DNA of 64,000 nucleotides, taken from positions 73,532,001-73,596,000 of the forward strand of contig OX597826.1 in assembly GCA_951406725.2 (NCBI GenBank), read 5' to 3'. The notes below the pieces were generated by a model, which worked only from the letters and a program-made list of their open reading frames with translations, did not search any database and was not told the origin of the DNA. The stretch comes from Octopus vulgaris. Lineage: Eukaryota. Made by a program: the position numbers and the translations under genes. Positions 14,245-28,507 of the stretch are shown here, piece after piece. The stretch's first letter is position 1; each line of letters starts with the position of its first letter.

Positions 14245-14477
14245 GGCGGAGAGCTGGCAGAAACGTTAGCACGCCAGGCGAAATGCTTAGCGGTATTTCG
14301 GCTGTCTTCATGTTCTGAGTTCAAATTCCGCCAAGGTCGACTTTGCTTTTCATCCTTTCGGGGTCGATAGATTAAGTACCAGTAACGCACTGGGGTCGAT
14401 GTAATCGACTTAATTCCTCTGTCTGTCCTTGTTTGTCCCCTCTGTGTTTAGCCCCTTGTGGACAATAAAGAAATAAG
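14245..14477 (+). mobile_element. SINE family B, full length, tail type B1
   Basis: GGCGGAGAGCTGGCAGAA head, GAGTTCAAATTCC B-box, GCTTTTCATCCTTTCGGGGTCGATA core, CAATAAAGAAATAAG end. Confidence 0.9.
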
Positions 14478-15254
14478 ATGAGTTTAGTTACTATTTCTAA
14501 CTGCTCCTGAGGAACTCTGGGCCGATGTAGGGTCTATATTCAAACTAGAAGTAAATGTACTCTACATTAGATTGTATTGAGCGCTTTCACTGATGTCCTT
14601 TTTTGGGTGGGGTGGGGTGGGGTATTAATGAACATTTTTTTTTCTTTTTTATTAAGAGTATCATGGCTTTGCATGTGTGCATCCGTGTGTTTGTGTGTAT
14701 TTAGACTTATTTGTACACAAAAACAGACGAGCCCAGTGACAACAGCAAATTACAAATCAGGATGTGAAGCACGTGTTCACGTGATTAAAACATTTCCAAT
14801 GGCCACCACCCTCTCAGCCCTTTAGCCATGTACTAACGCTTTAGAGTCTCACACACTTAACCCTTCTTCCACCCCACGCCTCACCTCGACTCCCACCCGC
14901 TTCCAATGGGCGGGGAACTAATTTATAATTTAAATTCCCTCCCCCACCTCCCTGCCTCCCCCTCTTTTCATTTCTGACCCTATCCATTAAGTCCATTCGT
15001 GCATTTTAAATAGGTATCGGGATTATTTCTGCAGATCCCATTCCGCCCTCCAACCCTCCCACCCACACTGCTAGCTCCCTAATTTGCCACCCACCCCATC
15101 ACTAACTACTATTGCTACCACCACTACCATCATGCCTTACTAACCTTTCCATAATGTAGTAATGATATTGTATATCAGTTATATATATTAGTATGATATA
15201 AACTATCTGTATACGTTACCTATGTCTATATCTATATCTATATCTATCTATCTA

Positions 15255-15310
<56 letters not shown>

Positions 15311-15435
15311 GCAATGCATATATACATACATATATGTACATACCTACATATGTATGTATATATACATGCATATATGGGTACAGGACATTAAAAAAAAACG
15401 TAGACACAATAAGAAACGAGAACGTACCCATATAT

Positions 15436-15560
15436 GCCACTCACAAGGCTTTGATCAGCCCGAGACTATAGAAAAAGACACTTGCCCAAAGTGCCACGCG
15501 GTGGGACTGAACTCAGAACCATGTGGTTGGGAAGCAAGCTTCTTACCATACAACGACGCC
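15436..15560 (-). mobile_element. SINE family A, 5' part
   Basis: GACACTTGCCCAAAGTGCCACGCGGTGGGACTGAAC. Confidence 0.75.
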
Positions 15561-16024
15561 GATAAACTATAACGGTGTATCAACTATAATATTGATTTGC
15601 ATAAACTACGTATTATATTGGATGTATATAAACTGTATACTGTATTGATATACTATAATTTACATACGCGCTATAATTTATTCAATAATGCAAAATTAAT
15701 TTATGCAGAATGGTGGACTTTGTTTCGGTCTCAGTGATGAGTTATTCGGTTTGTTCGACCAACTGAATACTTAATTCTGGAATTAATTACTCGTGTAAGC
15801 GGCTGCATAATCCGGCGTGGAAGGGTGTGGAAACAAGAGAGTGGGTTAGTTGTGTATTATAATATCTTCGTTGTAAAGATATGGAGGAAATTCAACCAGA
15901 GAGCGGCCACAAATGAACTGAAATTATATTCGCGTCGTAAACATTTATATAAGTGTGAATTTATACAATATGGAGCTTTGTAATGCGTTTTAAATTTATG
16001 TGGCCTTTGCTAGATGCGCGCTCG

Positions 16025-16082
<58 letters not shown>

Positions 16083-16550
16083 GTGTAAGTATATGTGTGT
16101 GTGTAGTTTTTTTAGCCTTCAGTATATATGTATGTGTATGAATGGAAGTAATGTATGGTTGTTTCTATGCTTGTATTATATATGCAAATGCTTGTATCTG
16201 TGTGTGTATGTATATATAAATATATATATAAAACACATGCATACATGCATGCATACATATGCATATACATACTTGTGTGTGTGTGTGTGTGTGTGTATGT
16301 GTGTGTGTGTGTCTAATCTTACACTGTATGCAGCTCGTAACATGCAATTTTTGTTGTACTTTAGTATTCATCTGTGTGTATGTATATAGATGTGTGTGTG
16401 TGTGTGCGTGTATCTTTATTGATCATATTCAGTACATAAGTGTGTGTACACACACACACACACTCATCCTATACAGGGAGAGAGAAAGAAAGATGTGTTA
16501 TTGGACACCCACATAGTAAAACAGTTACAGTGAACGTCATAACAATGACA

Positions 16551-16625
16551 TTTCTTCTTCTTCTTCTTCTTCTTCTTCTTCTTCTTCTTCTTCTTCTTCT
16601 TCTTCTTCTTTCCCTCCTCCTCCTT

Positions 16626-16663
<38 letters not shown>

Positions 16664-16670
16664 GTTACTA
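16551..16670. repeat. (CTT)n-(CTA)n compound microsatellite
   Basis: Direct reading. Confidence 0.95.
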
Positions 16671-17059
16671 CGATCGCAACAACAAAACATGTGCTGCATT
16701 ATATTAGCTGGTTGCCTGTTTACTCCGCTCGGTAAAGAGGGAAGTGAATTAATAATCGTAGCAGAGCGACCCGGTTTCGATTCGCCGCCGGTTGTGTCCG
16801 ACGTCCGTTTTAAATAAAACAGCTTTGGGAAAGGCATGAATGTCACGTGATTCGTTACTATGGTATTAGTGAGAATTCAGAATATTCAATAGGAACAAAT
16901 TACTCACTGATGGGTCCTTTGATGAACAATCTCCTATTGATGGATATTCGCTTACAACTTCTATTATAGTCTTTTTCTAGACACAATGTGTCTCTTAACC
17001 ACAGGCATCTGGATACCCGTTAGAGGGTATGTTACGGGTGGGTGGTTTATCATTTAGAG

Positions 17060-17260
17060 CAGTGGTTTTCAACCAGGGTTCCGCCAGTACAGTGCAGGGG
17101 TTCCGCAAGAAGTTACAAAACTTCTAAAATCAGCAGTAATTTTTAATTCTCCTGTGCAGATGTTTGTGCATAAGACTATTAAATCATTGCACAGGGGTTC
17201 CTCGAGCCAGTGGAATGTTTCCTTGGGGTTCCGCTCCAGCAAAAAGTTTGAAAAGCACTG
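17060..17260. mobile_element. hAT (Charlie-like) MITE, 201 bp
   Basis: TIRs CAGTGGTTTTCAA / TTGAAAAGCACTG; exact 8-bp TSD ATTTAGAG at 17052-17059 and 17261-17268. Confidence 0.9.
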
Positions 17261-17534
17261 ATTTAGAGGGACAGGAAATACACAGAAATTTGAAGGAAGC
17301 CTTCCAGGTGGCGGGAAAGCTTCAAAACAGTGATGGTGTTGTATAAGGGGAAGAAGGTGGGGGCGGTTTATACTGGTTGAGAGTTGTTCAAATAAAACAC
17401 TACATCTCTGTACATCTTCTCTCGACCCTCCACTCAGCATCTCCTTTCTTATCACTTCCTTTAGAGATTTCTGAACAACTGGATGATGTCGTAACGTTAT
17501 TAGCAATGTTTTTAAGAATCTTACAAGTCCTTTG

Positions 17535-17919
17535 TGGAGGCGCAATGGCCCAGTGGTTAGGGCAGCGGACTCGCGGTCGTAGGATCGCGGTTTCGATTCC
17601 CAGACCGGGCGTTGTGAGTATTTATTGAGCGAAAACACCTAAAGCTCCACGAGGCTCCGGCAGGGGATGGTGGTGATCCCTGCTGTACTCTTTCACCACA
17701 ACTTTCTCTCACTCTTACTTCCTGTTTCTGTTGTACCTGTATTTCAAAGGGCCGGCCTTGTCACTCTCTGTGTCACGCTGAATATCCCCAAGAACTACGT
17801 TAAGGGTACACGTGTCTGTGGAGTGCTCAGCCACTTACACGTTAATTTCACGAGCAGGCTGTTCCGTTGATCGGATCAACCGGAACCCTCGTTGTCGTAA
17901 CCGACGGAGTGCTTCCACC
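17535..17919 (+). mobile_element. SINE family C, full length, tail X
   Basis: tRNA-like head TGGCCCAGTGGTTAGG..GGTTTCGATTCCC; TSD AGTCCTTTG at 17526-17534 and 17920-17928. Confidence 0.9.
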
Positions 17920-18305
17920 AGTCCTTTGCATGGCTATGTGGTTAAGGAGTTTGCTTCGCAACTAACTGCGTGGCTTTGACTGAAAGTTCGATCCTGCATC
18001 GCGTTATTTATGGCAAGTATCGTCTACTATAGCATGGGGTCTAATCAAGCTTTGTAGAGAAGTTTGGTTGTGAGAACTCTGAAGCGGTCCTTCAAAGGGA
18101 CTGTTTCTGTTCTTGGGTGATGGACTTCATTTGTCGATCAACTTAAATCATTACCTGAACCTTTTAGAAGGTTTCTGATGATTTTTGCGGATCCAGATAA
18201 GATCTTCCTTCCCAGACAATAGTTTCGGAGTTGCTGGAGAGGATTATAGTCGTTGTCTTTCCTCTTCCCATTCAAAAAGGGAAGCAGTATCTTAAGCGAC
18301 TTTAA

Positions 18306-18723
18306 GGCGGCGAGTTGGCAGAATCGTTAGCACGCCGGGCGAAATGCTTAGCAGTATTTCGTCTGCCGTTACGTTCTGAGTTAAAATTCCGCCGATATCG
18401 ACTTTGCCTTTCAGGGTCGATTAAATAAGTACCAGTTACGTGCTGGGGTTGATATAATCGACTTAATCCCTTTGTCTGTCCTTATTTGTCCCTTCTATGT
18501 TTAGCCCCTTGTGGGCAATAAAGAAATAAGAATCGTTAGCATGTCGGATAAAACGCTTAGCGGCGCTTTTTTCCGACATAACGTTTTGAATCCGCGGAAG
18601 TCGACTTTGCCTTTCGTCCTATCTGGATCGATAAAATAAGCACCAGTTGAACACTGGGGTCGAATGTAACCGACTTAGCCCCTCTCACGAAATTGCTGGC
18701 CGTTGCCAAATTTTTTAAATCGA
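18306..18723 (+). mobile_element. Nested SINE B dimer (B1 copy in the head of a B2 copy)
   Basis: Two B bodies in tandem; AGAATCGTTAGCA repeated at the junction; TATCTTAAGCG flanks the whole dimer. Confidence 0.85.
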
Positions 18724-18844
18724 TATCTTAAGCGGCTGTTTGGAAATTGAGTAATAACCTTCAATGTCTTAAAAAGTTTGGCAACTGAATGATGTCTTAA
18801 GTAGGCATAGCATTAGCTGGTAAGCCAGAGAATGCGCTTCTGTT

Positions 18845-19300
18845 GGCAAAATTCATCTGAACGGAAATATATATAGTGATCTATATCGATGATGAGATTG
18901 TTGATTGGAACAATCGATAATTTTATTGTCTTCGTATTCTTCGTAAAGTAATTACCTGAAACTATTCTTTTATTCCGGGGGAGGGCCTAACTATAGTTGA
19001 ATTAAGGTCTGTATAAAAATATTTAATCAATGTTATTGCCAGAAATGTGTCACTAATGAATCCAATAACCTACTTTTTGGTGATCCGATGTTGTTAATAA
19101 TAACAAATAAGTCTGTATGCCTGGAGTAATTGTAATGTTTCGGTTTGTCTTTTATCAGATAAAGTGCTTTTATTAATCTAATAAAAGACTCACTCCACAT
19201 GCAACAATATATCAGAGAAAGTACCATTCTTAATCCAATATAATCCACTCTTCACCCATATAACGTAAAGGAGCCCATTTTGTTTTTTAATTTAGTGAAA
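18845..19300 (-). mobile_element. Penelope-like reverse transcriptase remnant
   Basis: LYLIKDKPKH..VIINNIGSP, then frameshifted DI-SLYISV, resemble PLE RT motifs (YxLPKIHK..RPIVxxIGSP..DxxSLYTxIP); heavily decayed. Confidence 0.45.
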
Positions 19301-19606
19301 TACCATCAGACACAAATATATCTCATTTTATATGTTTTCTCTGTAAAAAGAGCTGGATTTAGATATGTTGTAAAAATAGCTTCGGAAAATTAGGAAGATT
19401 AGTGATGTTCTCCTTATATTATAAATAGTTCTGAGATAATTTGTTTGTTTCTTTGTTTCGTGTGATTACGGGAAGATTTTTGTCTCTGTAATAAATAGTG
19501 AATGAAGGGCGAGAATAGTTGAGCTTTATGGGAGTACGTGCTGTGTGGTTGTGTGGAAACTAGCTGGTAGGATGTTTCTCTACTCGGAGTTGGGTCAAAC
19601 TGGTAT

Positions 19607-20050
19607 ATATCAATTTCAAATTTTGGCACAAGACCAGCAATTTCGGAGGAGGGTTAAGTCGATTACATCGTCTCAAGTACACATCTGGTATTTATTTTAC
19701 CGACCTCGAAAGGATGAAGTCAACCTCGACGGAATTTGAGCTCAAAACGTCAAGACGGACGAAATGCCACTAAGCATTTTGTCCGGCGTGTTAAAGACTC
19801 TGCTAGTTGGCCGCCTTTGAAATGGTTTATATTCCAAATTTTTGCACAAGCTCAGCAAGATTGGGGGTGGGGATAAGTCGACTACATTGACCTCAGTGTT
19901 CAGCTGGTACTTATCGTATTTTATCGACTCCGAAAAGGATGAAAGGCAAAGTCGACCTCGGCAAAATTTGAAGTCAGAACGTAAAAACGGACGAAATGCC
20001 ACAAAGCAATTTATTCGGCGCTACAACGATACTGCCAACTCTCCACCTTA
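19607..20050 (-). mobile_element. Two head-to-tail SINE B2 copies
   Basis: Two copies of the B core, each with a CAAATTTTGGCACAAG-type tail. Confidence 0.85.
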
Positions 20051-20579
20051 TGAATTGGTGTATATCGAACACTTAGTGTATGTGTGTGAGAGAGAGAGGG
20101 GAGGCGATGGGAGAGAAATAGGGACAGAGAGAGGAGAGAAAGCGACAGGGGGTGGAACGGAACAGAAAGCGGTGATTCGACATGGTTTTAACTGATCTCT
20201 AAAACCAACGAAAGAACTATTCAAACCTCACGTTTCGTTCGAGGAAAAACTGTGTCGTGTGTATGTAAGAAGAAATGAAGCGAATTGAGCAGACGACAGC
20301 TGATATGATTGAAAGAAACGGGAAGGGAAAGAAGGAAGAGACATGGAGGGAAATAAGAAGAAGAAAAAAGAGAGAAGAGAAAAAGGAAATGGAAGACACA
20401 ATAAAATTGGAATTAAAGTAAGAATACTGGAAAGAATAAAGTAGAAGATCAAACTTCTAAAATGCCTTTCACTTTCCACAGGAGTTCAGTTGTAAGAGAC
20501 AGGGTCCAGCTGGGCAAACAAGGTTGGTTGACCGAAATGAGGTTTAACCTAGATTGATGGTTGTGTTTGAATAGATAAA

Positions 20580-20910
<331 letters not shown>

Positions 20911-21099
20911 AAATGCAGTTAAAGAGAGGTAATTGTGAATGAAGAATTAAAAGGGACATGAATGAAAGAAAAGTGAGAGAAGGAGAGAAAAAGAGTGAGA
21001 GAATGATGTTCAAAATATGAAAGATATAAAGTGACTATAACCGCGGTGGGAGGCGCGATCGGAAAGGATAAAAATGAGACAGACAGACAGATAAATAGA

Positions 21100-21154
<55 letters not shown>

Positions 21155-21625
21155 GATTATTCTAGAAATAAATCTGATTAGAACTTCTTCTAAAGGTGAA
21201 ACATTTAAGTAGTAGGTTGTTGTAGAATTCACAAAGGAATTATGTTTAACTTACGGGTGGGTCGGTGAAGGAAATGTATTAACAACCTTCGCATCCCACC
21301 CTTAATTCCTCTATATATAAAAAAAAAACATGGTTTCACCGACCTCACATATACCCGCTTCTGTACCCATCCCGACCCTAACACACTTTTTCAGGAAAAG
21401 TAAACAATTTCTCCCTTTCTTTTGCGAACTAACAATATGCAAGTGAGATCTTCGACGATGTACGTTCGTGTGTGTATGCATTTGTTTATATGTACGTGCG
21501 TATATGTATATACATGCGTGCGTGTTTGTGCGTGTGTATATAATACATACACATTTATGTGTATGTATTATATATAAATATATGCATAGATATTATATGT
21601 AGCTATACATAGACATATATGTAGA

Positions 21626-21676
<51 letters not shown>

Positions 21677-21681
21677 TAAAC

Positions 21682-21727
21682 AAAACTGTGCGACGAACGG
21701 GAACGTGAAACTCTAAGTAACAGTTTT
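21682..21727 (+). ncRNA. Type I hammerhead-like motif with altered core, inside (TA)n
   Basis: AAAACTGT-GCGACGA-ACG(ggaa)CGT-GAAA-CT(cta)AG-TA-ACAGTTTT: perfect 8-bp stem I and GUA site; core positions 3-4 non-canonical. Confidence 0.5.
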
Positions 21728-21758
21728 TGTGATATTTTTGCTGCTTTTTAATAAAGTG

Positions 21759-21905
<147 letters not shown>

Positions 21906-22229
21906 GATACGTACATACGCGCGCGCACCATATTTTCCGGCCTACTATCCAACAGAATAGATAGTGTAACCGTATCGTGTAAACACTTAAATATTGTCAC
22001 TATCTTTCCAAATTGGGTTGCATTTCACATGGAAATTTTGGCCCTCCAAAGCTGCTTTGATGTGTAAGTCGACCCTTTGGGGCGGTAGCTGTAAATCTGG
22101 GCCTTAAAAAATTCGACATAATATATACAGGAAAATACGTTAACTCAGAGACCGAAGTTCGTTTCTAATGCTGTATATGCATGCTTGCGGGGAAACTTAA
22201 TTAAACGTGTGGGGCCTTCATCGAGAACA

Positions 22230-22510
22230 TCTGTACCTGAATGTGAGCTAAAAATGATTTCGAATGATAAGATAAATGATAAAATTAAAGGAAAAGTTTG
22301 TTTTCACAACAAACAGAATTTGGAAGAGTCTTTATAAACAGAACTAGAATTTTCAAAATTTGTCTTTAAAAAAGTATTCTAAGGACAGCTTATGATATGC
22401 TGAAGCAAAAATTAATCATGGAAACAAGAAAATACAAACCATATGAAGGGAAATTTAGAGAAAAAAAGCCAAAAATATATTATCTTACCCTGAGTATTAA
22501 TATCTATATA
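22230..22510 (+). mobile_element. Possible PLE GIY-YIG endonuclease C-terminal remnant
   Basis: Frameshifted pieces FHN..FSKFVFK..WK..KPYEG loosely match the PLE pattern TELSKYIW..IxW..PY. Confidence 0.3.
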
Positions 22511-23169
22511 TACATATGCACATGCCAAAATATAAATACATAATGTTTATCAACATGTGATAAGAATAAAAAACAAAGGAAGAACTTGATACTGTTGTAT
22601 AACACACGCACACATATGCAACACACACAAACACACGCACACACACACACACACAAATATATACGAGTGATTTCCAAATTTGGGGATTTTTTTATGAAAC
22701 GATAGTGTAGTTAGAGAGGGTCATTTTGCCAATAAACGAATGCATTGGTTGTAGTTCACTTCAGTTATATTATTAACTAATCGGTTAATTAATTCGTTAA
22801 TTATTGGTTATTTTGTCATAAAGAAAACCTTTTCTCGCCGCCAAAGATCTGACACTCCGATAACTTACAGAAGCAGTATACATACTGGAAGCAAAACTCT
22901 GAATCCACACACACACATACACTCACTAGAAAGAACTACCATCCACTACCACAGTAAAACAACGAGAATAAAATATGATTATACATAAACGCTTGACTGA
23001 CTGTATGACAAGCTCAAACAGAAAGAAAATCAGCCGTAGATATTCAAATCATTAGAAAGGCTACTGTAGTGGAACGAAAAGTTTAACTCTAGTTGATTAA
23101 TTGTACAATTGATAAGTTAACAATAAAATTGAAGGGTACTTCAACTATTACGTATCTTTATTGACAAAC

Positions 23170-23417
23170 TCTGTTGTGTCTGGGGAGAGTCATTTTCTTT
23201 TTGTGCCTTATAATTTAACACACTCACCGGTAAAATTTCCACTTATTTCTAATGTATATTTTCCTAAAATTTTCGTTGCCTCTTGCAACCTTTTCAATAG
23301 TTTTGACGCAACGAAAATTTTAAGAAAATATACATTAGAAATAAGTGGAAATTTTACTGGTGAGTGTGTTACATTATAAGGCACAAAAAGAAAATGACTC
23401 TCCCCAGATACAACAGA
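23170..23417. repeat. Near-perfect palindrome (~112-bp arms, ~22-nt loop), PLE-like inverted terminal structure
   Basis: Arms 23170-23282 and 23305-23417 are reverse complements with few mismatches; other family copies at 8680-8938 and 13916-14060. Confidence 0.9.
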
Positions 23418-23591
23418 ATATGCTTCAACACACGAACTCATATAAAGAATCTTGCAAACCAAATCCAAAAAACGAAATATTGACAAACTGATCCTCCCAA
23501 AATACTACACATACACGCATACATACATACATACGTACGCACGCACATACATCCATACATACACACACACATACATACATACATACATACA

Positions 23592-23625
<34 letters not shown>

Positions 23626-23793
23626 CATACATGCATACATACATACATACATACATACATACATACATACATACATACATACAGGAGACTATGTGTATGT
23701 ATGTTAGACGATAGAAATTCATAAGCCTTCATTTGATATTGTTTATGTTAAATTTAAATATTATCTGCGATAATCCACACATAAATATTACCA

Positions 23794-23862
<69 letters not shown>

Positions 23863-23907
23863 ATGTATGTATGTATATATATATATATATATGTGTATGT
23901 ATGTATG

Positions 23908-23957
<50 letters not shown>

Positions 23958-24892
23958 TGTATGTATGTACGTACGTACGTATATATGTACGTACGTATGT
24001 ATGTGCGTACATAGTACCTATGTTTATATACGTACTTACATTCATAGATACATATTGACGTATGCGTTTTTACGAATTTATATATATAAGCCTGTGCGCT
24101 TTCATTTACTAAACTAATTAGTCTGTGTGCTGTATGGTGTCTTCCTTAATTAACTGTACTTTACTAATTATTAGACTCACGCCAGTGATTATGCTTTACA
24201 GTCTGCAAATTCATAATTCAACGACCACCTGCAAGACGCAATATATATATATACAAACCCATTCCTATACGAGAACATGCATGCATGTTTACATGTATGT
24301 ATTAGCTGTAGCTGGTCCTTGAAATCTATAATGCCACATTCCTGGAATAGCAGGAGTTAATCTCCTCCAGCGCTTTTAACTGCTTCTATGACTCATGGAA
24401 CGAAAACAGGTTATGTTTGTGTAGGAGGAGGGGGGAATAATGCATAGGGGCGACTGTGTGTGTGTGTCTGTGTGTACCTGCGTGCATGTGCGCGTGTGTT
24501 CTTTTACGGATAGGATATAGAGACATTATGCGCAAGAAGTGTCAACCGTTTCCTCAATTAAATTTATTGTACACACGCACACACACACACACGCACGCAC
24601 GCACACATACATACACACACACACACACATGCACACACATACATACGCGCATATTAGTGGGATAGAAGGTGTTGCCTAGGAAACAAGCGCTCAGTCGGTG
24701 GCCAATTTATTGAAAATTAATTATGATAGTCCTACATGAATTTGTTCTTTCAAACGTGACACATTTTATTCCTCGTAAAGTAGATACAAGCTTCAAAAAC
24801 CCATTACCTCTGGCAAAACATAAACACACAATTCTCAGCCAAGAGCTTCGTGTTAAACAACGTTTTTTTTTTGTTGTTTTTGTGGGGGTTTT

Positions 24893-25252
24893 TTCCACTG
24901 CTTCCCAACTACATGGTTCCGGGTTCAGTCCCACTGCGTGGCACCTTGGGTAAGTGCCTTCAACTACAGGCTCGGGTCGACCAAAGCCGAAAACTGGAAA
25001 CAAATTGTCATGTGTGTGTGTGTGTGTGTTCATCTATATTTGTGTTTCATTGTGTATGTGTTTGTTCTACCCAACCGCTTAGCAACCGATGTTGATTTGT
25101 GTTTGCCCTCGTAACTTAGCAGTTCGGCAAAGGACACCGATAGAATAAGCACTAAGCTTTAAAAACAGTTCTAGAGTCGATTCGTTCGATTAAAAACCCT
25201 TCAAGGCGGAGCCTCAGCATGGCCGCAGTCCAATGACTGAAACAAGTAAAGG
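24893..25252 (+). mobile_element. SINE family A lacking the extreme 5' end
   Basis: GGTTCAGTCCCACTGCGTGGCACCTTGGG..CAGCATGGCCGCAGTCCAATGACTGAAACAAGTAAA. Confidence 0.85.
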
Positions 25253-25643
25253 ATACGTACAGACACACAGACAGACAGACAGACAGGCAGACAGACATAC
25301 TGACAGACACGTACATAAAAGCATGCATACACACATACATGTGAACAGTAGCGAAGCAGTGTCCTGCACAGACCTCCACTGAGAGTCTACCCCGATACTA
25401 CCCTTCCTTACAACTCCCCCAACCAGTTATCCACCCCGTATATGTATATCCACCTGATTAAGTGACAGTATCCAATTCCCTTACTTACACAATAGATTGT
25501 ATTATACACTCAGCTCTTGTTTAACAACAAATAAGCTTTCGTTTCACAAATCGTAAACCTCCCCACTGCCCCACCCACAAACCATCCCATTCTCACACCC
25601 CACACACGTACGCACACGCTCTCTTTCTCTCTCAATGTCACTT

Positions 25644-25702
<59 letters not shown>

Positions 25703-25749
25703 ATGTGTTTGTGTAGTTGGGCATTTGCGTCTATAGATATATATATATG

Positions 25750-25797
<48 letters not shown>

Positions 25798-25926
25798 AGT
25801 ATATTTGTATGTCTATGTGTGTGTACGTATATATATATATACCTTAAACGATTTTTCTCACTTTCTTGTCTCTTTTCTTTTATTATCTCGCTAAACCTTT
25901 CTCTCTCACTCTCTTACTCAATCTCA

Positions 25927-25991
<65 letters not shown>

Positions 25992-26247
25992 GCACACATC
26001 CGCGCCCGCTCCTCCACATCTGTTTTATTGGGGATGAAGATGATTGTATTCTTGATTAGATCCGGATTAAGGGAATATACACAGGAGCTTCGCAGGACCC
26101 AGCGAAATTGGTGTGACCGAGGCCATTATACCTACGTTTTATACTTTTGTGAGTTGAAAGCCGCAGTAATAAGAAAGAAAAAACTATGTCCAGAAAGGGG
26201 ATTAGGGTTAAATGCAAACATACATACATACATACATACATACATAC

Positions 26248-26695
26248 AAAAGTACCCTGTTGTTGATGTTGGAATTCCAATGAAGGAGCCTTGGATCAAG
26301 GTTAAAAACCAGTTCTTTTTATATTGGCAAGAAATCTTGAAATAAACTGAATAATGACATACATACATACAGACATACAGAAAGCTAATTCAAAGACTAC
26401 AGATCCAATCCATCATTGGAACTGTAAAAATCTGTAAAACTTTCTAGAAGTTTATCATTTAAATGTATATGAGCATGTCTAGATATGCAACTATATGCAT
26501 GAGAATGCATACATAAAGCAAAACATACAAATCTGCACACGTACATACATATATACATATATACATACATGCATACATACATACAAAAATATCCTGTTGT
26601 TGATGCTGAAATTCCAATGAAGGAGCCTTGGATCCAGGTTAGAAACCGGCTCTTTCTTTATTGGCACGAAATCTTGAAAGAAAACTGAACAATGA
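26248..26695. repeat. Two ~110-bp direct repeats, each embedded in (CATA)n
   Basis: CCTGTTGTTGATG..AATTCCAATGAAGGAGCCTTGGATC..AAATCTTGAAA at 26248-26357 and 26585-26695. Confidence 0.9.
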
Positions 26696-28442
26696 CATAC
26701 ATACATACAAACATAAACACACGCAAGTCTTTGTGTGGGGATGAAAGGCAGGAAGAGAGAGAGAGAAAGAGAGAGAGAGGTAGTGAAAGTGTGAAAAAGA
26801 ATTTCACAGATAAGATATTAACCTTTGATAGCATGTAGGAAAGATACAAATCTCAGGAAATGACGATTGTCAATGTCATGATTACAGGTGTGGAAACCAG
26901 CCGGATGACAGCTGGTTCTTTATTTATCCCCCACCACCTCTCGTTAACTGATGTTGGTGTGTTTACGTTCCCGCAACTTAACGGTTCAGCATAAAAAGAC
27001 ACCGATTGAATAGGTACCAGGCTTTTAAAAAAATAAGTACTAGGGTCTTTTTGTTCGACTAAAATTTTTCATGACTGAAACAAGTGAAAATACAAGGAAA
27101 GGAATAAGTCTCAACGATTTAATTCCATTGTATCCCTATTTTGTCGCACGAATGACTTAGTATGTTACCTTCCATCGTTTTGATAAACGCTTGAAATTGT
27201 GTATCTCTTCTTATAAGACACAATGCATTCGGCCAACCACCCCACCCAACCCCACCCATTACATGCGATCACATTGTGACGATAGCTGAAGTTGCTTTGA
27301 AACTGAGGTAAATAATGGGTGCATTCTCTCTTCTAACCTTTTGTTAACATAACATCTTCGAACTTATAGATACAAAAAAAAAAACCCAAAGAAAAAGTTA
27401 AAAGGTAAAATAGAAAACGATCCTCTCCTGTTACCGAAAGATACATACCTTGAGATTGTCAGCTGTGTGACCTGATATAATTACGTAAATGTAATATTAT
27501 TATTCAAAAGGAAATTCGAATCGAGAAGTGAGATTTCAGGATAGAATTTAAACCAAGAAAATTTGCAGCCTCGTTCTGAATCCGTCGGCTGTCATTCATT
27601 GTTGTACGACTGATTAAACGTGGTGTTTAGTTTGGGGAAGAAATTAAACAATTTAATAGAAAACATCTACAAACCATTTGGTATGTTGGCACCTTTTTTG
27701 CTTTTATTTTCGATTTTAGTTTCTTACTCTATTACTGCTGTTATTGTTGTTGCTTTGCCTCAGATCAGCGCTGATTCCATAAACCAATGATCAAAGATGT
27801 TCGAGTTTTGTTCATCCCGTTGTTTGTTGGGTTTTTTTCTTTTTCCTGTATCTGGCACTACATTGTTCAGTGTGTCTTCTCTACTTTTTCAAGACAATAG
27901 TATGTGATTTGGTTGCTATTTCTAGCAAGTCAAACAAGCACATTAAGGTCCCATCATATTTTTTTTAATATAACGTTCACGAAATATCCTTTGACTGACA
28001 ATAATCAACAATTGTTTTCTGACATAAGCTTGAAGCCAGAAATTTTAGAAGGGAACAGTCGACTGGTACTTTATTTTTATCGACCCCCTGGGGGACGTAA
28101 AGCGAAGTAGAGACTTCGGTGAGTTTTTAACTCGGAGCATAAATAGCTGGAACAAATACCGCAAGACATTTTATACGATGGTCTTAGAATTCTACCAATC
28201 CACTGCCCCGAGACAACAAATTAGTAGCAACAATGAAAAAAGCCAACGATGAATAGAACAAACGATAAGGACTACGAAAACAATTTGTATTGTTATTGAT
28301 AGTGTTTTTATTGATTATGTGTGGCGAGTGGGGCGGCGAGTGAAGAATGGAGTAGAGATTACAAATAGATTGACAAAGCGATAAAATACAATGGACACGA
28401 TAAAGACATACCTGTAACATGCATTAGCGTGTATGCATGTGT

Positions 28443-28507
<65 letters not shown>

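Noticed and set aside
17535-17610. tRNA genes at SINE heads (also 16715-16800, 28864, 38563)
   Set aside because: A/B boxes run into SINE bodies; no full cloverleaf with acceptor stem
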